The position numbers were made by a program, and so were the translations under genes. This document shows positions 45,086 to 54,980 of a stretch of 64,000 nt of DNA, in pieces; the stretch's first letter is position 1, and each line of letters begins with the position of its first letter. The notes beneath the pieces are model-generated. The model saw nothing but the letters and a program-made list of their open reading frames with translations, was not told the origin of the DNA and made no database searches. Where the stretch lies: assembly GCA_963771355.1 (NCBI GenBank), contig CAVYTA010000006.1:1664001-1728000 (forward strand), read 5' to 3'. The stretch is from an uncultured Candidatus Rokubacteria bacterium (lineage in GTDB: Bacteria; Methylomirabilota; Methylomirabilia; Rokubacteriales; CSP1-6).

Positions 45086-45829
45086 ATGAAGGTTCTCGGC
45101 GTCATCCCGGCCCGGCTTGCCTCCACCCGCCTGCCCCGCAAGGTCCTGCGGGAGATCGCGGGACTTCCGCTCGTGGTTCACGTGTACCAGGCCGCCCGTC
45201 GCTCCCCGCGCCTGGACGATCTCCTGGTTGCCACCGACTCCGACGAGGTCATCGCGACGTGCCGCGCCCATGGCATCCCCGCGGTGATGACCTCGCCCGA
45301 TCACTCCACCGGGACCGATCGGCTCTGGGAGGTGTCGCGCGGGCGGGAAGCCGACGTCTACGTGAACATCCAGGGCGATGAGCCGCTGGTCACGACCGGC
45401 CACATCGAGCGGCTCGTCCAGCCCTTCTTCGATGATCCGGCCGTGCAGGTGACCACGCTCAAGATCCTGGCCAAGCCGGAAGAGGTTCCCACGCGCACGG
45501 CCAACAAGGTCGTGACGAATATTCACGGCGACGCGCTGTACTTCTCGCGCCTGCCCATTCCCTACGACCGCGATAACCGCGGGGACGTCGTCTACTGGAA
45601 GCACCCCGGCTTCTACGCCTACCGTCGCGCGGCGCTGGAGCGCTACCATGCGCTGCCGCCCTCTCCCCTCGAGCGCGCCGAGCAGCTCGAGCAGCTGCGG
45701 CTGCTCGAGAACGGCATCCCGATCCGCGTCGTCGAGACCGACGAGCCCACGGTGGGCGTGGACACCGAGGATGATCTCCGCGCGGTGGAGGCGCTGCTCG
45801 CCCACCGCGGCCGCGCTCCGGCTTCCTGA
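45086..45829 (+). CDS. kdsB: 3-deoxy-manno-octulosonate cytidylyltransferase
   Basis: VIPARLASTRLPRKVL, VATDS, TGTDR, VNIQGDEP, ALYFSRLPIP, LERAEQLEQLRLLENG, GVDT. Confidence 0.95.
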   Translation: MKVLGVIPARLASTRLPRKVLREIAGLPLVVHVYQAARRSPRLDDLLVATDSDEVIATCRAHGIPAVMTSPDHSTGTDRLWEVSRGREADVYVNIQGDEPLVTTGHIERLVQPFFDDPAVQVTTLKILAKPEEVPTRTANKVVTNIHGDALYFSRLPIPYDRDNRGDVVYWKHPGFYAYRRAALERYHALPPSPLERAEQLEQLRLLENGIPIRVVETDEPTVGVDTEDDLRAVEALLAHRGRAPAS

Positions 45830-45844
45830 GCCGGCGTCTCGCCC

Positions 45845-47035
45845 GTGACCAATCGCTGGGGCATCCTCGCCCTGATCATGACCGCCCAGACCATGGCCAA
45901 TGTCGGCCCGCTGGGCATCCCCGCCATTGCGCCGCTGATCCGCGACAGCCTCGGGCTCTCCACCGCCCAGGCGGGCTCCTTTCTCTCCGCCTACTACATC
46001 GGCCCCTCGCTGATGTCCCTCCCCGCCGGACGCATGGCCGACCGCTGGGGCGTCACCGCGACCATGGTGATGGGCCAGCTCCTGATCGCCCTGGGTCTTT
46101 TCGCCGTCGCCGGCGCGAACAGCTTCACCATGCTGAGCGTGCTGATGGTCGTGGCGGGCGCGGGCTACGGCATGCTCAATCCCACCACCGCGAAGGCGGT
46201 CATCGCCTGGTTCCCGCGGCGCCATCGCGCCACCGTGGTGGGACTCAAGCAGGTCGGGCTCCCCTTCGGGGGCGCGCTCGGCGCACTCATCATGCCGCCG
46301 CTGGCCCTCTGGCTGGGCTGGCGCGAGGCAGTAGCGCTGTCCGCCACCGTGATCGCGCTGCTGGCCGGATTGAGCTGGCTGCTCTACCGCGATCCGCCCG
46401 AGCCCGAGGGGACGAAGACGATGGCGCCCGCGGCCAGCCTCGCCAGCGTCTTGCGCAACCGCGACCTCTGGCTGGTGGCCGCCTCCACCTTCATCTTCGC
46501 GGGCATGCAGACGGTGTGGATGGCCTATCTCGTGCTCTATCTCCGCGACGTGGTCGGGATGGCACTCATCACCGCCGCGCGATTCCTCGTGCTCGCGCAG
46601 CTCTCCGGCGCGGTGGGGCGCGTGGTGTTCGGTCTTCTGTCCGACCGCCTCTTCGGCGGGCGGCGGCGCATCGTGCTCGTCCTGGCCGGGCTGGGCTCCA
46701 CCGTCTGCACGCTCCTCATCGCGGCCACGGGCAGCGGGACGAGCCCGTGGCTCCTGAGCGCCCTCGCCCTGGCCTTCGGCTTCGTGGGCATCGGCTGGAA
46801 CGGTGTCCAGCACACCTTGCTGGCCGAGCTCGCCGGCCCGCGCTCGTCGGGCACCGCGGTGGGGCTGGGCCTCGCCATCTCGTCGTTTGGCGTCACCGCC
46901 TGCCCGCCGCTCTTCGGGGCCTTGGCGGAGCGGCTGGGAGGCTTCACCGTGCCGTGGTTCGTCCTTGCCGGCGCGATGCTGCTCTCGTTGTGCTTGCTCA
47001 TCCCGGTCCGTGAGGGAAGAATGGACGTCCCATGA
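45845..47035 (+). CDS. MFS transporter
   Basis: 12-TM pattern, GRMADRWG and GLLSDRLFGGRR motifs. Confidence 0.9.
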   Translation: MTNRWGILALIMTAQTMANVGPLGIPAIAPLIRDSLGLSTAQAGSFLSAYYIGPSLMSLPAGRMADRWGVTATMVMGQLLIALGLFAVAGANSFTMLSVLMVVAGAGYGMLNPTTAKAVIAWFPRRHRATVVGLKQVGLPFGGALGALIMPPLALWLGWREAVALSATVIALLAGLSWLLYRDPPEPEGTKTMAPAASLASVLRNRDLWLVAASTFIFAGMQTVWMAYLVLYLRDVVGMALITAARFLVLAQLSGAVGRVVFGLLSDRLFGGRRRIVLVLAGLGSTVCTLLIAATGSGTSPWLLSALALAFGFVGIGWNGVQHTLLAELAGPRSSGTAVGLGLAISSFGVTACPPLFGALAERLGGFTVPWFVLAGAMLLSLCLLIPVREGRMDVP

Positions 47036-48342
47036 GCGACCGCGCCGTCTCCGCCCATCCGGCCGCGTCGGAGACGCCCTTCTACGGCTGGACCATTCTC
47101 GCCGCTGCCTTCGTCATCATCACCATGTCCATCGGCATGCTCTTCACGCTCGCCATCTTCCTCAAGCCGCTGGAAGAATCCATGGGCTGGAGTCGCTCGA
47201 GCATCAGCAGTGTCGGACTCCTCAACTGGGTGGTGATGGGGCTGGGCGGCGTGCTGGCGGGCTTCATCTCCGATCGCGTCGGCACTCGCGCGGTGGTGCT
47301 GGTGGGCAGCGGGGTCCTCGGGCTGGGCCTCGTGCTGTCCAGCCAGGTCACCGCGCTCTGGCAGCTCTACGTGACCTTCGGCATCCTCGTGGCGGGCGGG
47401 GTCAGCGCCTTCTACGTGCCGCTCACCGTCCTCGCCATCAAGTGGTTCGGCGACCGGCGCGGGATGGCCGCCTCCGTGGTCTCCGCGGGCAACGGCGCCG
47501 GCATCCTCCTCCTCTCGCCCCTCACCCGCTGGCTGGTGAACGAGCTGGACTGGCGCATGGCGTTCCTCATCCTGGGGGATCTCGCCTGGCTCGTGGTGAT
47601 ACCGGCGGCGCTGCTGTTGCGGGATGCGCCTAGCACTCTTGAAGGTTCGGCGGTTGGGCGACGCGGGCTTTTATTATCAGCGGGGGCCTCGAAATGGCCC
47701 CCGCTCTCCCCCCACGGCGGACAGCCCGCGAGCAGGGGACAAACCGTGGGGATAAGGCCGGGGGTGATCTTTCGCAGCTGGCCGTTCTGGGCGATCGCGC
47801 TGACGCATTTCGCGTGCTGCGCGGCCCACTCCGGGCCGATTTTCCACCTTGTCACCCACGCCATCGACCAGGGCGTGGCGCGGATGTCGGCGGCCGGTCT
47901 GCTGGGACTTTCCGGGCTGTCGTCGATCTTCGGGCGAGTGGGGACCGGCATCGTGGCCGACCGCGTCGGCGCCAAGCCTACCCTCATCGCGGCGCTGGCA
48001 CTCCAGGCCTTCACGGTATTCACCTTCCTCTTCGTCCGCGATCTCGGCCCGCTCTCGGCCCTGACCTTCGTCTTCGGCATCGCCTACGGCGCCTCCATGC
48101 CGCTCTATGCCCTGGTGACCCGGGAGTACTTCGGCGAGCAGGCGCTGGGCACGGCGTTCGGGGCGGTGTTCTTCATCTCGTGCATCGGGATGGGGCTCGG
48201 GTCGTACGGCGGTGGATTCCTCTACGATGCGCTCGGCTCCTACGCGTGGTTGTTCCTGGCCTCGGGCGCCATCGGCACCATGGCGGTGGTGATGGCCGTC
48301 GCGCTCCGGCCCCCGGCGCCGGCGCCCGTGCCCGCCGTGTGA
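47032..48342 (+). CDS. MFS transporter with a palindromic insertion in the central loop
   Basis: FYGW, GFISDRVG, WFGDRRGMA, GIVADRVG, REYFG; atypical loop PSTLEG..ASKWPP..GIRPG. Confidence 0.9.
   Translation: MSDRAVSAHPAASETPFYGWTILAAAFVIITMSIGMLFTLAIFLKPLEESMGWSRSSISSVGLLNWVVMGLGGVLAGFISDRVGTRAVVLVGSGVLGLGLVLSSQVTALWQLYVTFGILVAGGVSAFYVPLTVLAIKWFGDRRGMAASVVSAGNGAGILLLSPLTRWLVNELDWRMAFLILGDLAWLVVIPAALLLRDAPSTLEGSAVGRRGLLLSAGASKWPPLSPHGGQPASRGQTVGIRPGVIFRSWPFWAIALTHFACCAAHSGPIFHLVTHAIDQGVARMSAAGLLGLSGLSSIFGRVGTGIVADRVGAKPTLIAALALQAFTVFTFLFVRDLGPLSALTFVFGIAYGASMPLYALVTREYFGEQALGTAFGAVFFISCIGMGLGSYGGGFLYDALGSYAWLFLASGAIGTMAVVMAVALRPPAPAPVPAV
47662..47751. repeat. In-frame palindromic repeat element inside the MFS gene
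   Basis: AGCGGGGGCC-TCGAAAT-GGCCCCCGCT (47679-47705), CCCCACGG/CCGTGGGG (47710-47751), CGCGGGCT/AGCCCGCG (47662-47730); the same core occurs inverted at 57509-57533. Confidence 0.8.
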
Positions 48343-48451
48343 CAGCTCGCAGCGGGATACCCGTTGACAGACGCAGCCTTCTTTGTTAAGAATTCTCCAC
48401 ACTTTACCGATACTCCGCCTGTGTCCGACCGACCATCCAAGGGGGATCAAC

Positions 48452-49801
48452 TTGAGCCACGAAAGCAACGATGCTTCCACCCTGTCCCTGGGCCGCCGCC
48501 GTTTCCTGCAGACCGCGGGTGTCGCCGCCGCGGCGGCGGGCGGAATCGAAGGCATCCTCGCCGCGCGCCGCGCGCCCGCCTTCGCCCAGGGCACCAAGCT
48601 CCACTGGGTGCGCTGGGTGGACTTCATCCCCGAGTCCGACGTCGAGCTCAAGCGCCAGATGCCGGAAGCCTCCAAGGCGCTCGGCGCCGAGGTCACGCTG
48701 GAGACCATCAACGCCAACGACCTCCAGCCCCGCATCACCGCCGCCGTCCAGTCCGGCTCCGGCGCCGACATCTTCAACTTCCAGTACAACTGGCCGCACC
48801 TCTACCAGAACGCCGTGGTCGACGTGTCCGACGTCGCCAACGCCCTGGCCAAGGCCGAGGGCGGCTTCTACGAGGTCTGGGGGCCGTCCTGCCAGGTCAA
48901 CGGCAAGTGGCTCTCGGTGCCGCACTCGATCGTGGGCAACGCGGTGGCCTACCGCAAGTCGTGGCTCAAGGAGGCCGGCGCCACCCAGTATCCGAAGACC
49001 TGGGATGACGCCCGCAAGCTCTTCGCCAGCCTCAAGAAGAAGGGCAAGCCCTACGGGCAGACCCTCGGCCACACCTTCGGCGACGCGCCGGTGTTCACCT
49101 ACACCCTGACCTGGGCCTTCGGCGGGGCCGAGACCGATCCGTCGGGGAAAAAGGTCGTCCTCAACTCCAAGGGCACGCTCGAGGCGGTCAAGTTCATGCA
49201 GGCGTTCTGGAAGGAGTGCTGCGACGAGGGCGGCCTGGCCTGGGACGACACCAACAACAACCGCGCCTTCCACGCCGGCGAGCTCTCCGCCACCCTGAAC
49301 GGCGCCTCCATCTACATCGTGGCCAAGCGGCAGAAGGAGAAGATCAAGGACGACAAGGGCGAGCCAATGTGGACCGACATCGACCACGCGCCGCTCCCCG
49401 CCGGGCCCGCCGGGTCCTACCTCCTCTTCCTCAACCAGTCGCACGCGGTCATGAAGTACGGCAAGAACCAGAAGCTCGCCAAGGACTTCCTCCTCTGGCT
49501 CCACAAGCCCGACAACTTCGGCAAGTGGTTCACCACGCAGGAAGGGTACTCCGTCGGCTCCACCAAGAAGTGGGAGAGCGACCCCATGTGGGGCAAGCTG
49601 GACGAGCCGCTGAAGATGTTCCGCACGGCGGCGCGCAATACCCGCCTCTTCGGCCACGCGGGCCCGTCCACCGCCAAGGCCACCGAGGCCTTCACCAAGT
49701 ACGTCATCACCGACATGTACGCCAAGGCCGTCCAGGGCATGAAGGCCGAGGACGCGGTGAAGTGGGCCGAAGGCGAGCTGAAGAAGATCTACGAGGCTTG
49801 A
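48452..49801 (+). CDS. Carbohydrate-type (family 1) ABC substrate-binding protein with a Tat signal
   Basis: TTG after AAGGGGGA; GRRRFLQTAG twin-arginine motif; YPKTWDD, WDDTNNNRAF. Confidence 0.88.
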   Translation: MSHESNDASTLSLGRRRFLQTAGVAAAAAGGIEGILAARRAPAFAQGTKLHWVRWVDFIPESDVELKRQMPEASKALGAEVTLETINANDLQPRITAAVQSGSGADIFNFQYNWPHLYQNAVVDVSDVANALAKAEGGFYEVWGPSCQVNGKWLSVPHSIVGNAVAYRKSWLKEAGATQYPKTWDDARKLFASLKKKGKPYGQTLGHTFGDAPVFTYTLTWAFGGAETDPSGKKVVLNSKGTLEAVKFMQAFWKECCDEGGLAWDDTNNNRAFHAGELSATLNGASIYIVAKRQKEKIKDDKGEPMWTDIDHAPLPAGPAGSYLLFLNQSHAVMKYGKNQKLAKDFLLWLHKPDNFGKWFTTQEGYSVGSTKKWESDPMWGKLDEPLKMFRTAARNTRLFGHAGPSTAKATEAFTKYVITDMYAKAVQGMKAEDAVKWAEGELKKIYEA

Positions 49802-49817
49802 GGCGGCCGGACCCGGC

Positions 49818-50783
49818 ATGAAGAAGACCATCGCGGGAGGATCGGGGAGCACGGCCGGCACCACCGTCGCGCTGTCGCGCCCCGATACTCGCCCCACCGG
49901 CTACGTGCGGATGCTGGAGAACGAGCGGCTCCTCGCCGCGCTCCTCCTCACCCCCACCGTGCTCCTTCTCGGGACGTTCATCGCCTACCCCTTCATCATG
50001 GGGGTATGGCTCTCGCTGTCGGACACCAGCGTCGGCAATATCGGCCACTTCGTGGGTCTCAAGAACTTCTTCAAGGCCTGGGACGACTCGATCTTCCAGA
50101 CCGCGTTCAAGAACACCTTCGTCTATACCTTCTGGGCCACCATCTTCAAGCTCGCGCTGGGGATGTGGCTGGCCTTGCTCCTCAACCGGAGCTTTCGCGG
50201 CAAGCGAATCATCCGGGCCTCCATGCTCCTGCCCTTCATCATCCCCACCGTGCTCTCGACTTTTGCCTGGCGCTGGATGTTCGATCCCACCTTCAGCGTG
50301 CTGAACTGGCTGCTCTACCAGGGCGGCTTCATCGTGACCAAGGTGCCGTTCCTGTCCGACGGTACCTACGGCATGTGGTGCGCCATCGTGGTGAATACCT
50401 GGCGCGGCATGCCCTTCTTCGCCATCACCCTCCTCGCGGGGCTCCAGACCATCAGTCCCGACCTCCAGGAGGCCGCGTCGCTCGACGGCGCCAATGGCTG
50501 GCACCGTTTCTGGCACGTGACCTGGCCGCTCCTCAAGCCGGTCACGGTGGTAGTGGTCGTCTTTTCGATCATCCAGACCTTCTCCGACTTCCAGCTGATC
50601 TACGTGCTCACCGGCGGGGGGCCCGCGAACTCCACGCACCTGGTGGCCACCTACGCCTATCAGGTAGGCGTCGCCACCGGACTGCTCGGTGAGGGCGCCG
50701 CCATCTCGCTGTTCATGCTCCCCGTCCTCTTCATCGTCGTCTGGGCCCAGCTGCGCTACCTCCGCCGCCTCGAAGGGGCATAG
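49818..50783 (+). CDS. Sugar ABC permease (MalF/UgpA-like)
   Basis: FVGLKNF, LLPFIIPTV, WRGMPFF, EAASLDGA..RFWHVTWPLL. Confidence 0.93.
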   Translation: MKKTIAGGSGSTAGTTVALSRPDTRPTGYVRMLENERLLAALLLTPTVLLLGTFIAYPFIMGVWLSLSDTSVGNIGHFVGLKNFFKAWDDSIFQTAFKNTFVYTFWATIFKLALGMWLALLLNRSFRGKRIIRASMLLPFIIPTVLSTFAWRWMFDPTFSVLNWLLYQGGFIVTKVPFLSDGTYGMWCAIVVNTWRGMPFFAITLLAGLQTISPDLQEAASLDGANGWHRFWHVTWPLLKPVTVVVVVFSIIQTFSDFQLIYVLTGGGPANSTHLVATYAYQVGVATGLLGEGAAISLFMLPVLFIVVWAQLRYLRRLEGA

Positions 50784-50792
50784 CAGAACTCG

Positions 50793-51644
50793 ATGGTCAT
50801 CGAGCGCAAGTGGAAGCGCTGGGTGTACTTCTACATTCCTCTCACCGTCTTCGTGATCGGGACCCTCTTCCCCTTCTACTGGATGTTCATCACCGCCATC
50901 CGGCCGGACGCCGAGCTCTACCGGTCCTGGCGGGCCGCCACCAATACGCCGTTCTGGACGCTCCAGCCGACGCTCGAGCACTTCCGCGACCTGATGGCGA
51001 AGACCACCTTCCCCATCTGGCTGTGGAACACGTTCTTCATCGCTGTGATCTCCACGCTCATCTCGCTCTTCTGCGGGCTGCTCGCCGGTTATGCTCTGGC
51101 GCGGCTGCGCTTCCCCATGGCGGGCTTGCTGGGCACCTCGATCTTCGTGACCTACCTGGTGCCCCCCACCCTGCTGTTCATCCCGCTCGCCGACATCATC
51201 CGGAACTTCCAGCTCGGGAACACCCCCTGGGCGCTCATCCTCACGTATCCGACCTTCCTCATCCCGTTCTGCACCTGGCTCCTCATGGGCTACTTCAAGA
51301 CCATCCCCAAGGAGCTGGAGGAATGCGCGCGGATCGACGGCGCCACCCGGTTCGGGGCCATGTTCCGCATCATCTTCCCCATCGCCGTCCCCGGCATCCT
51401 CTCCGCCGGCATCTTCGCCTTCACGCTGTCCTGGAACGAGTTCATCTACGCGCTCATCTTCCTGTCCTCCCCGGAGCGCAAGACGGTGCCGGTGGGCGTG
51501 GTCTCCGAGCTGATCCGCGGCGACATCTATTTCTGGGGCCAGCTCATGGCGGGCGCGCTGCTGGGCTCGGTGCCGGTGGCCCTCGTCTACTCCTTCTTTG
51601 TCGAGTATTACGTGACCGGCCTGACCGGCTCGGTCAAGGGCTAG
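50793..51644 (+). CDS. Sugar ABC permease (MalG/UgpE-like)
   Basis: LFPFYWM, AGYALARLRF, IPKELEECARIDGA, FTLSWNEF. Confidence 0.93.
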   Translation: MVIERKWKRWVYFYIPLTVFVIGTLFPFYWMFITAIRPDAELYRSWRAATNTPFWTLQPTLEHFRDLMAKTTFPIWLWNTFFIAVISTLISLFCGLLAGYALARLRFPMAGLLGTSIFVTYLVPPTLLFIPLADIIRNFQLGNTPWALILTYPTFLIPFCTWLLMGYFKTIPKELEECARIDGATRFGAMFRIIFPIAVPGILSAGIFAFTLSWNEFIYALIFLSSPERKTVPVGVVSELIRGDIYFWGQLMAGALLGSVPVALVYSFFVEYYVTGLTGSVKG

Positions 51645-51706
51645 CCGCCCGCTTCACGCTGGTCTCGTAGCGCCTCTCCGGTCCCCCCCGGCGCCCGATT
51701 TGGGCA

Positions 51707-51775
51707 TTGACAGGTCCCCTGGCGGTCACTAGAATCGCGCCACCTTTCGACATTGCGAACCCTCACAGCGGAGGG
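51707..51775 (+). promoter_or_regulatory. Sigma70 promoter plus conserved leader upstream of dctP1
   Basis: TTGACA, 17 nt spacer, TAGAAT, then CGCGCCACCTTTCGACATTGCGAACCCTCA; 35 of 38 nt identical to 56263-56300. Confidence 0.8.
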
Positions 51776-51779
51776 CACT

Positions 51780-52913
51780 ATGCGTAGACTCGTGTCCGTA
51801 AAGTCTGCGATCGCGCTCGCGATCCTCGTCGGCGTCCTCGCCTTCGTCGCCGGCTCCTACAGCACGCCCACCCCCGCCACCGCACAGGCGCCGATCCGGT
51901 GGAAGATGCAGACCGCCTGGCCGCTGGGGATATTCCCCGACGACGCCGCCAAGCTGCTGGTGGCGACGATCGAGAAGACCTCCGGCGGACGGCTCAAGAT
52001 CGAGGTGTCGCCCGCGGGGTCCGTCGTTCCGCCCTTCGAGATCCAGGACGCGGTGAGCCGCGGCGTCCTCGACGCGGGGCACACCACCCCCGGGTACATC
52101 GTCGGGAAGCTGGCCGCGTTCATTCCCCTGACCCACGGGCCCCTCTTCGGGATGGACTTCATCGACTATTACGGCTGGTACTGGGAAGGCGGCGGCCACG
52201 AGCTGCTCCAGGAGGCGTACCAGCAGAAGCTGAAGATGAACGTGGTCAGCTTCCAGGTCCATCCGGAAGGCCCCCAGGCGATGGGGTGGTTCAAGAAGGA
52301 GATCCGGACGTTCGACGACATCAAGGGGCAGCGGTATCGCATCTTCGGCATCGGCGCCGAGACCTACAGCAAGCTCGGCATCGCCACCGTGACCCTGGCC
52401 GGCGGCGAGATCGTTCCCGCCCTGGAGCGGGGCGCCATCGACGGCGCGGAGTGGGTCAACTGCTCCGACGACAAGATCCTGGGCATCGACAAGATCGCCA
52501 AGTTCCACTACGCCCCGGGGATGCACGAGCCGGTCACGGTCGGGGAGTTCATCATCAACAAGGGGAAGTGGGACGCGCTGCCCGCCGACCTGAAGGAAGT
52601 CGTCAAGACCTCCGTCCAGGCGTCCTACTGGAACCACTTCGTCCGATTCCAGGAGAAGACGGCCAAGGCCTGTGTGGACATGATCGCGTCCGGCGTCAAG
52701 ATCATCAAGACGAGCGACGAGCTGAACCGGCGCTTCCTGAAGGCGTACGACGAGATCGTGGCCGGGCACGTGGCCAAGGACGACTTCTACAAGAAGGTGG
52801 TCGACTCGCAGAAGAAGTACTCCAGCGTGGTGGTGCCCTACCGCATGTCGTACTGGCCGAACTACAACTTCATCGGGGAGCACTACTACAAGGACAAGAT
52901 CTGGCTGAAGTAG
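51780..52913 (+). CDS. dctP: TRAP transporter substrate-binding protein
   Basis: WKMQTAWP, SGGRLKIEV.PAGSVV, MGWFKKEI, GGEIVPALERGAIDGAEW. Confidence 0.92.
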   Translation: MRRLVSVKSAIALAILVGVLAFVAGSYSTPTPATAQAPIRWKMQTAWPLGIFPDDAAKLLVATIEKTSGGRLKIEVSPAGSVVPPFEIQDAVSRGVLDAGHTTPGYIVGKLAAFIPLTHGPLFGMDFIDYYGWYWEGGGHELLQEAYQQKLKMNVVSFQVHPEGPQAMGWFKKEIRTFDDIKGQRYRIFGIGAETYSKLGIATVTLAGGEIVPALERGAIDGAEWVNCSDDKILGIDKIAKFHYAPGMHEPVTVGEFIINKGKWDALPADLKEVVKTSVQASYWNHFVRFQEKTAKACVDMIASGVKIIKTSDELNRRFLKAYDEIVAGHVAKDDFYKKVVDSQKKYSSVVVPYRMSYWPNYNFIGEHYYKDKIWLK

Positions 52914-52932
52914 TCGACCGGTGAGGCTGGAC

Positions 52933-52970
52933 CCCGGACGGCAGGCCGGTCAACGGCCCCGCCGTCCGGG
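52933..52970 (+). terminator. GC-rich hairpin after dctP1 (mRNA stabiliser or partial terminator)
   Basis: CCCGGACGGC (52933-52942) pairs with GCCGTCCGGG (52961-52970), with an inner GGCCG/CGGCC stem; no strong U tract. Confidence 0.5.
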
Positions 52971-53056
52971 CGTTCGACGGACCGCTCCGCCGACCCACGG
53001 ACCCACTCTTCCTTGAGCTCGGCGCTCAACTTCCGCGAACAGAACGGAGGATCCGT

Positions 53057-53641
53057 GTGGCGACGGCTGCGCCCCTAGAACCCGAGCATCGCGATGCATC
53101 GCCGGCCTTCCGCACCACCGTAGAGTGGATCGACCGCTTCGCGAGCTATATCGGCCGCGCGGTCGCGTGGCTCATCATCCCCATGACCATCGCCGTCACC
53201 TGGGAGGTCGTGGCCCGCCACTTCTTCCGCGCTCCCACCATCTGGGCCTTCGACGTGGTCTACATGCTGTACGGCACGCACTTCATGCTGGGGACCGCCT
53301 ACACCCTGATGCGGATCGGGCACGTGCGCACCGACATGCTCTATTCGCGCTGGTCCATCCGCCGCCAGAACCGGATCGACGCGATCGGGTACTTCTTCTT
53401 CTTCTTCCCGGCGATGATCTTCCTGTTCTACTTCGGCTGGCAGGAGGCCTATCACTCGTTCCAGATCGGGGAGACCTCGGACGCGAGCCCCTGGCGGCCG
53501 ATCGTCTGGCCGTTCAAGTTCGTCATCCCGTTCACCGCGCTGTTCCTGCTCATCCAGGGAATCGCGGAGCTCCTCAAGAGCCTCTACGCCATTCGAACCG
53601 GCCGCGAGTGGGTCCATCGTGAGCACATGGAGATCGGATGA
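53057..53641 (+). CDS. dctQ: TRAP transporter small permease
   Basis: EVVARHFFRAPTIWAFD, AYTL..GHVRTD, LLIQGIAE. Confidence 0.92.
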   Translation: MATAAPLEPEHRDASPAFRTTVEWIDRFASYIGRAVAWLIIPMTIAVTWEVVARHFFRAPTIWAFDVVYMLYGTHFMLGTAYTLMRIGHVRTDMLYSRWSIRRQNRIDAIGYFFFFFPAMIFLFYFGWQEAYHSFQIGETSDASPWRPIVWPFKFVIPFTALFLLIQGIAELLKSLYAIRTGREWVHREHMEIG

Positions 53642-54959
53642 GCCCCGAGCTGCTCGGCGCCCTCATGCTGGTGCTCATGCTCGGGGCCATCTTCATCGGC
53701 TTCCCGATCTCGTTCACGCTGCTGCTCCTCGCGCTGATCTTCGGCTGGGTCGGGCTCGGCGACCGCGCCTTCTACATCATGGTGTTCCAGACCATCGGGC
53801 TCATGAAGGAGGAGGTGCTGGCCGCGGTGCCGTTATTCATCTTCATGGGCTATTTGATGGAGCAGGGCGGCCTCATGGAGCGCCTGTTCAAGGGCTTCCA
53901 GCTCCTGATGGGGCCGGTGCCCGGATCGCTCTACGTGGGCGTGCTCATCACCGCCACCATCTTCGGCATCGCCGCCGGCACGGTGGGGGCGACGGTCGTG
54001 CTCATGGGCATCATGGCCGTGCCCATCATGACCAAGGCCGGCTACGACATCCAGATGTCGGCCGGGGCCATCACCGCCGGCGGCACGCTCGGGCATCCTC
54101 GTCCCTCCGAGCGTCATGCTGGTGGTGATGGGGCCGGTCATGGGCGTCTCGGTCGCCGAGCTCTACGCCTCGTGCTTCGGTCCCGGGTTCCTCCTGGCCG
54201 GCATCTTCATCGTCTACTGCCTCGTCCGCTGCCATCATCAACCCCAGCCTGGGGCCCCCGCTGCCGCTCGAGGAGCGATCCGGGAGCTTCATGGAGATCG
54301 CCATCGAGCTGACGCTGGGGATGGTGCCGCACGCCATCCTCATCATCGCCACGCTGGGGACCATCATCTGGGGATGGGCGACGCCCACCGAGGCGGCGGC
54401 CATGGGCGTCGTCGGCGCCGCCTTCCTGGCCGTGATCTACGGGCAGTTCACGTGGCCACGGCTCAAGGACGCGGTCTACAACACCCTGCTCCAGTCCAGC
54501 ACCGTCATCTTCCTGGCCGTCTGCGGCAACGTGTTCGGCGCGGTGTTCTCGCGGCTGGGGACGGCCACGATGGCCACCAATGCGCTGATCGCCTGGCAGA
54601 TTCCGCCGATGGCGATGCTGGCCTTGATCATGGTGGTGATCTTCCTGCTCGGCTGGCCCTTCGAGTGGCCGGCCATCATCCTCGTGTTCGTCCCGCTGCT
54701 GCAGCCGGTCATCGTCGGGCTCAAGATCGACATGCTGTGGTTCGCCACCCTCATCGCGGTGAATCTCCAGACCGCCTTCCTCTCGCCGCCGGTGGCCATG
54801 TCCGCGTACTATCTCAAGGGGGTGGCGCCGCAGTGGTCCCTCGGGGACATCTACCGCGGCATGGGCCAGTTCATGGTGCTGCAGCTCATCGGCCTCGCGC
54901 TCTGCATCATCTTCCCCGAGATCGCGCTCTGGTTCCCGCGGTGGCTGTTCGGAAAGTAA
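53638..54959 (+). pseudogene. dctM: TRAP large permease interrupted by two +1 frameshifts (pseudogene or sequencing error)
   Basis: Extra G at 54091-54093 breaks GGTLGILVPPS; extra C at 54232-54233 breaks RCIINPSLGP. Three consecutive frames reconstruct a full DctM. Confidence 0.85.
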
Positions 54960-54980
54960 CCCCGTAACGGAGGAGGAGCC

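Noticed and set aside
47662..47751. HDV-like ribozyme on the minus strand of the MFS insertion
   Set aside because: Nested helices resemble P1/P2/P4, but there is no P3/L3 and the J4/2-equivalent (GATAATAAA) lacks the catalytic C.
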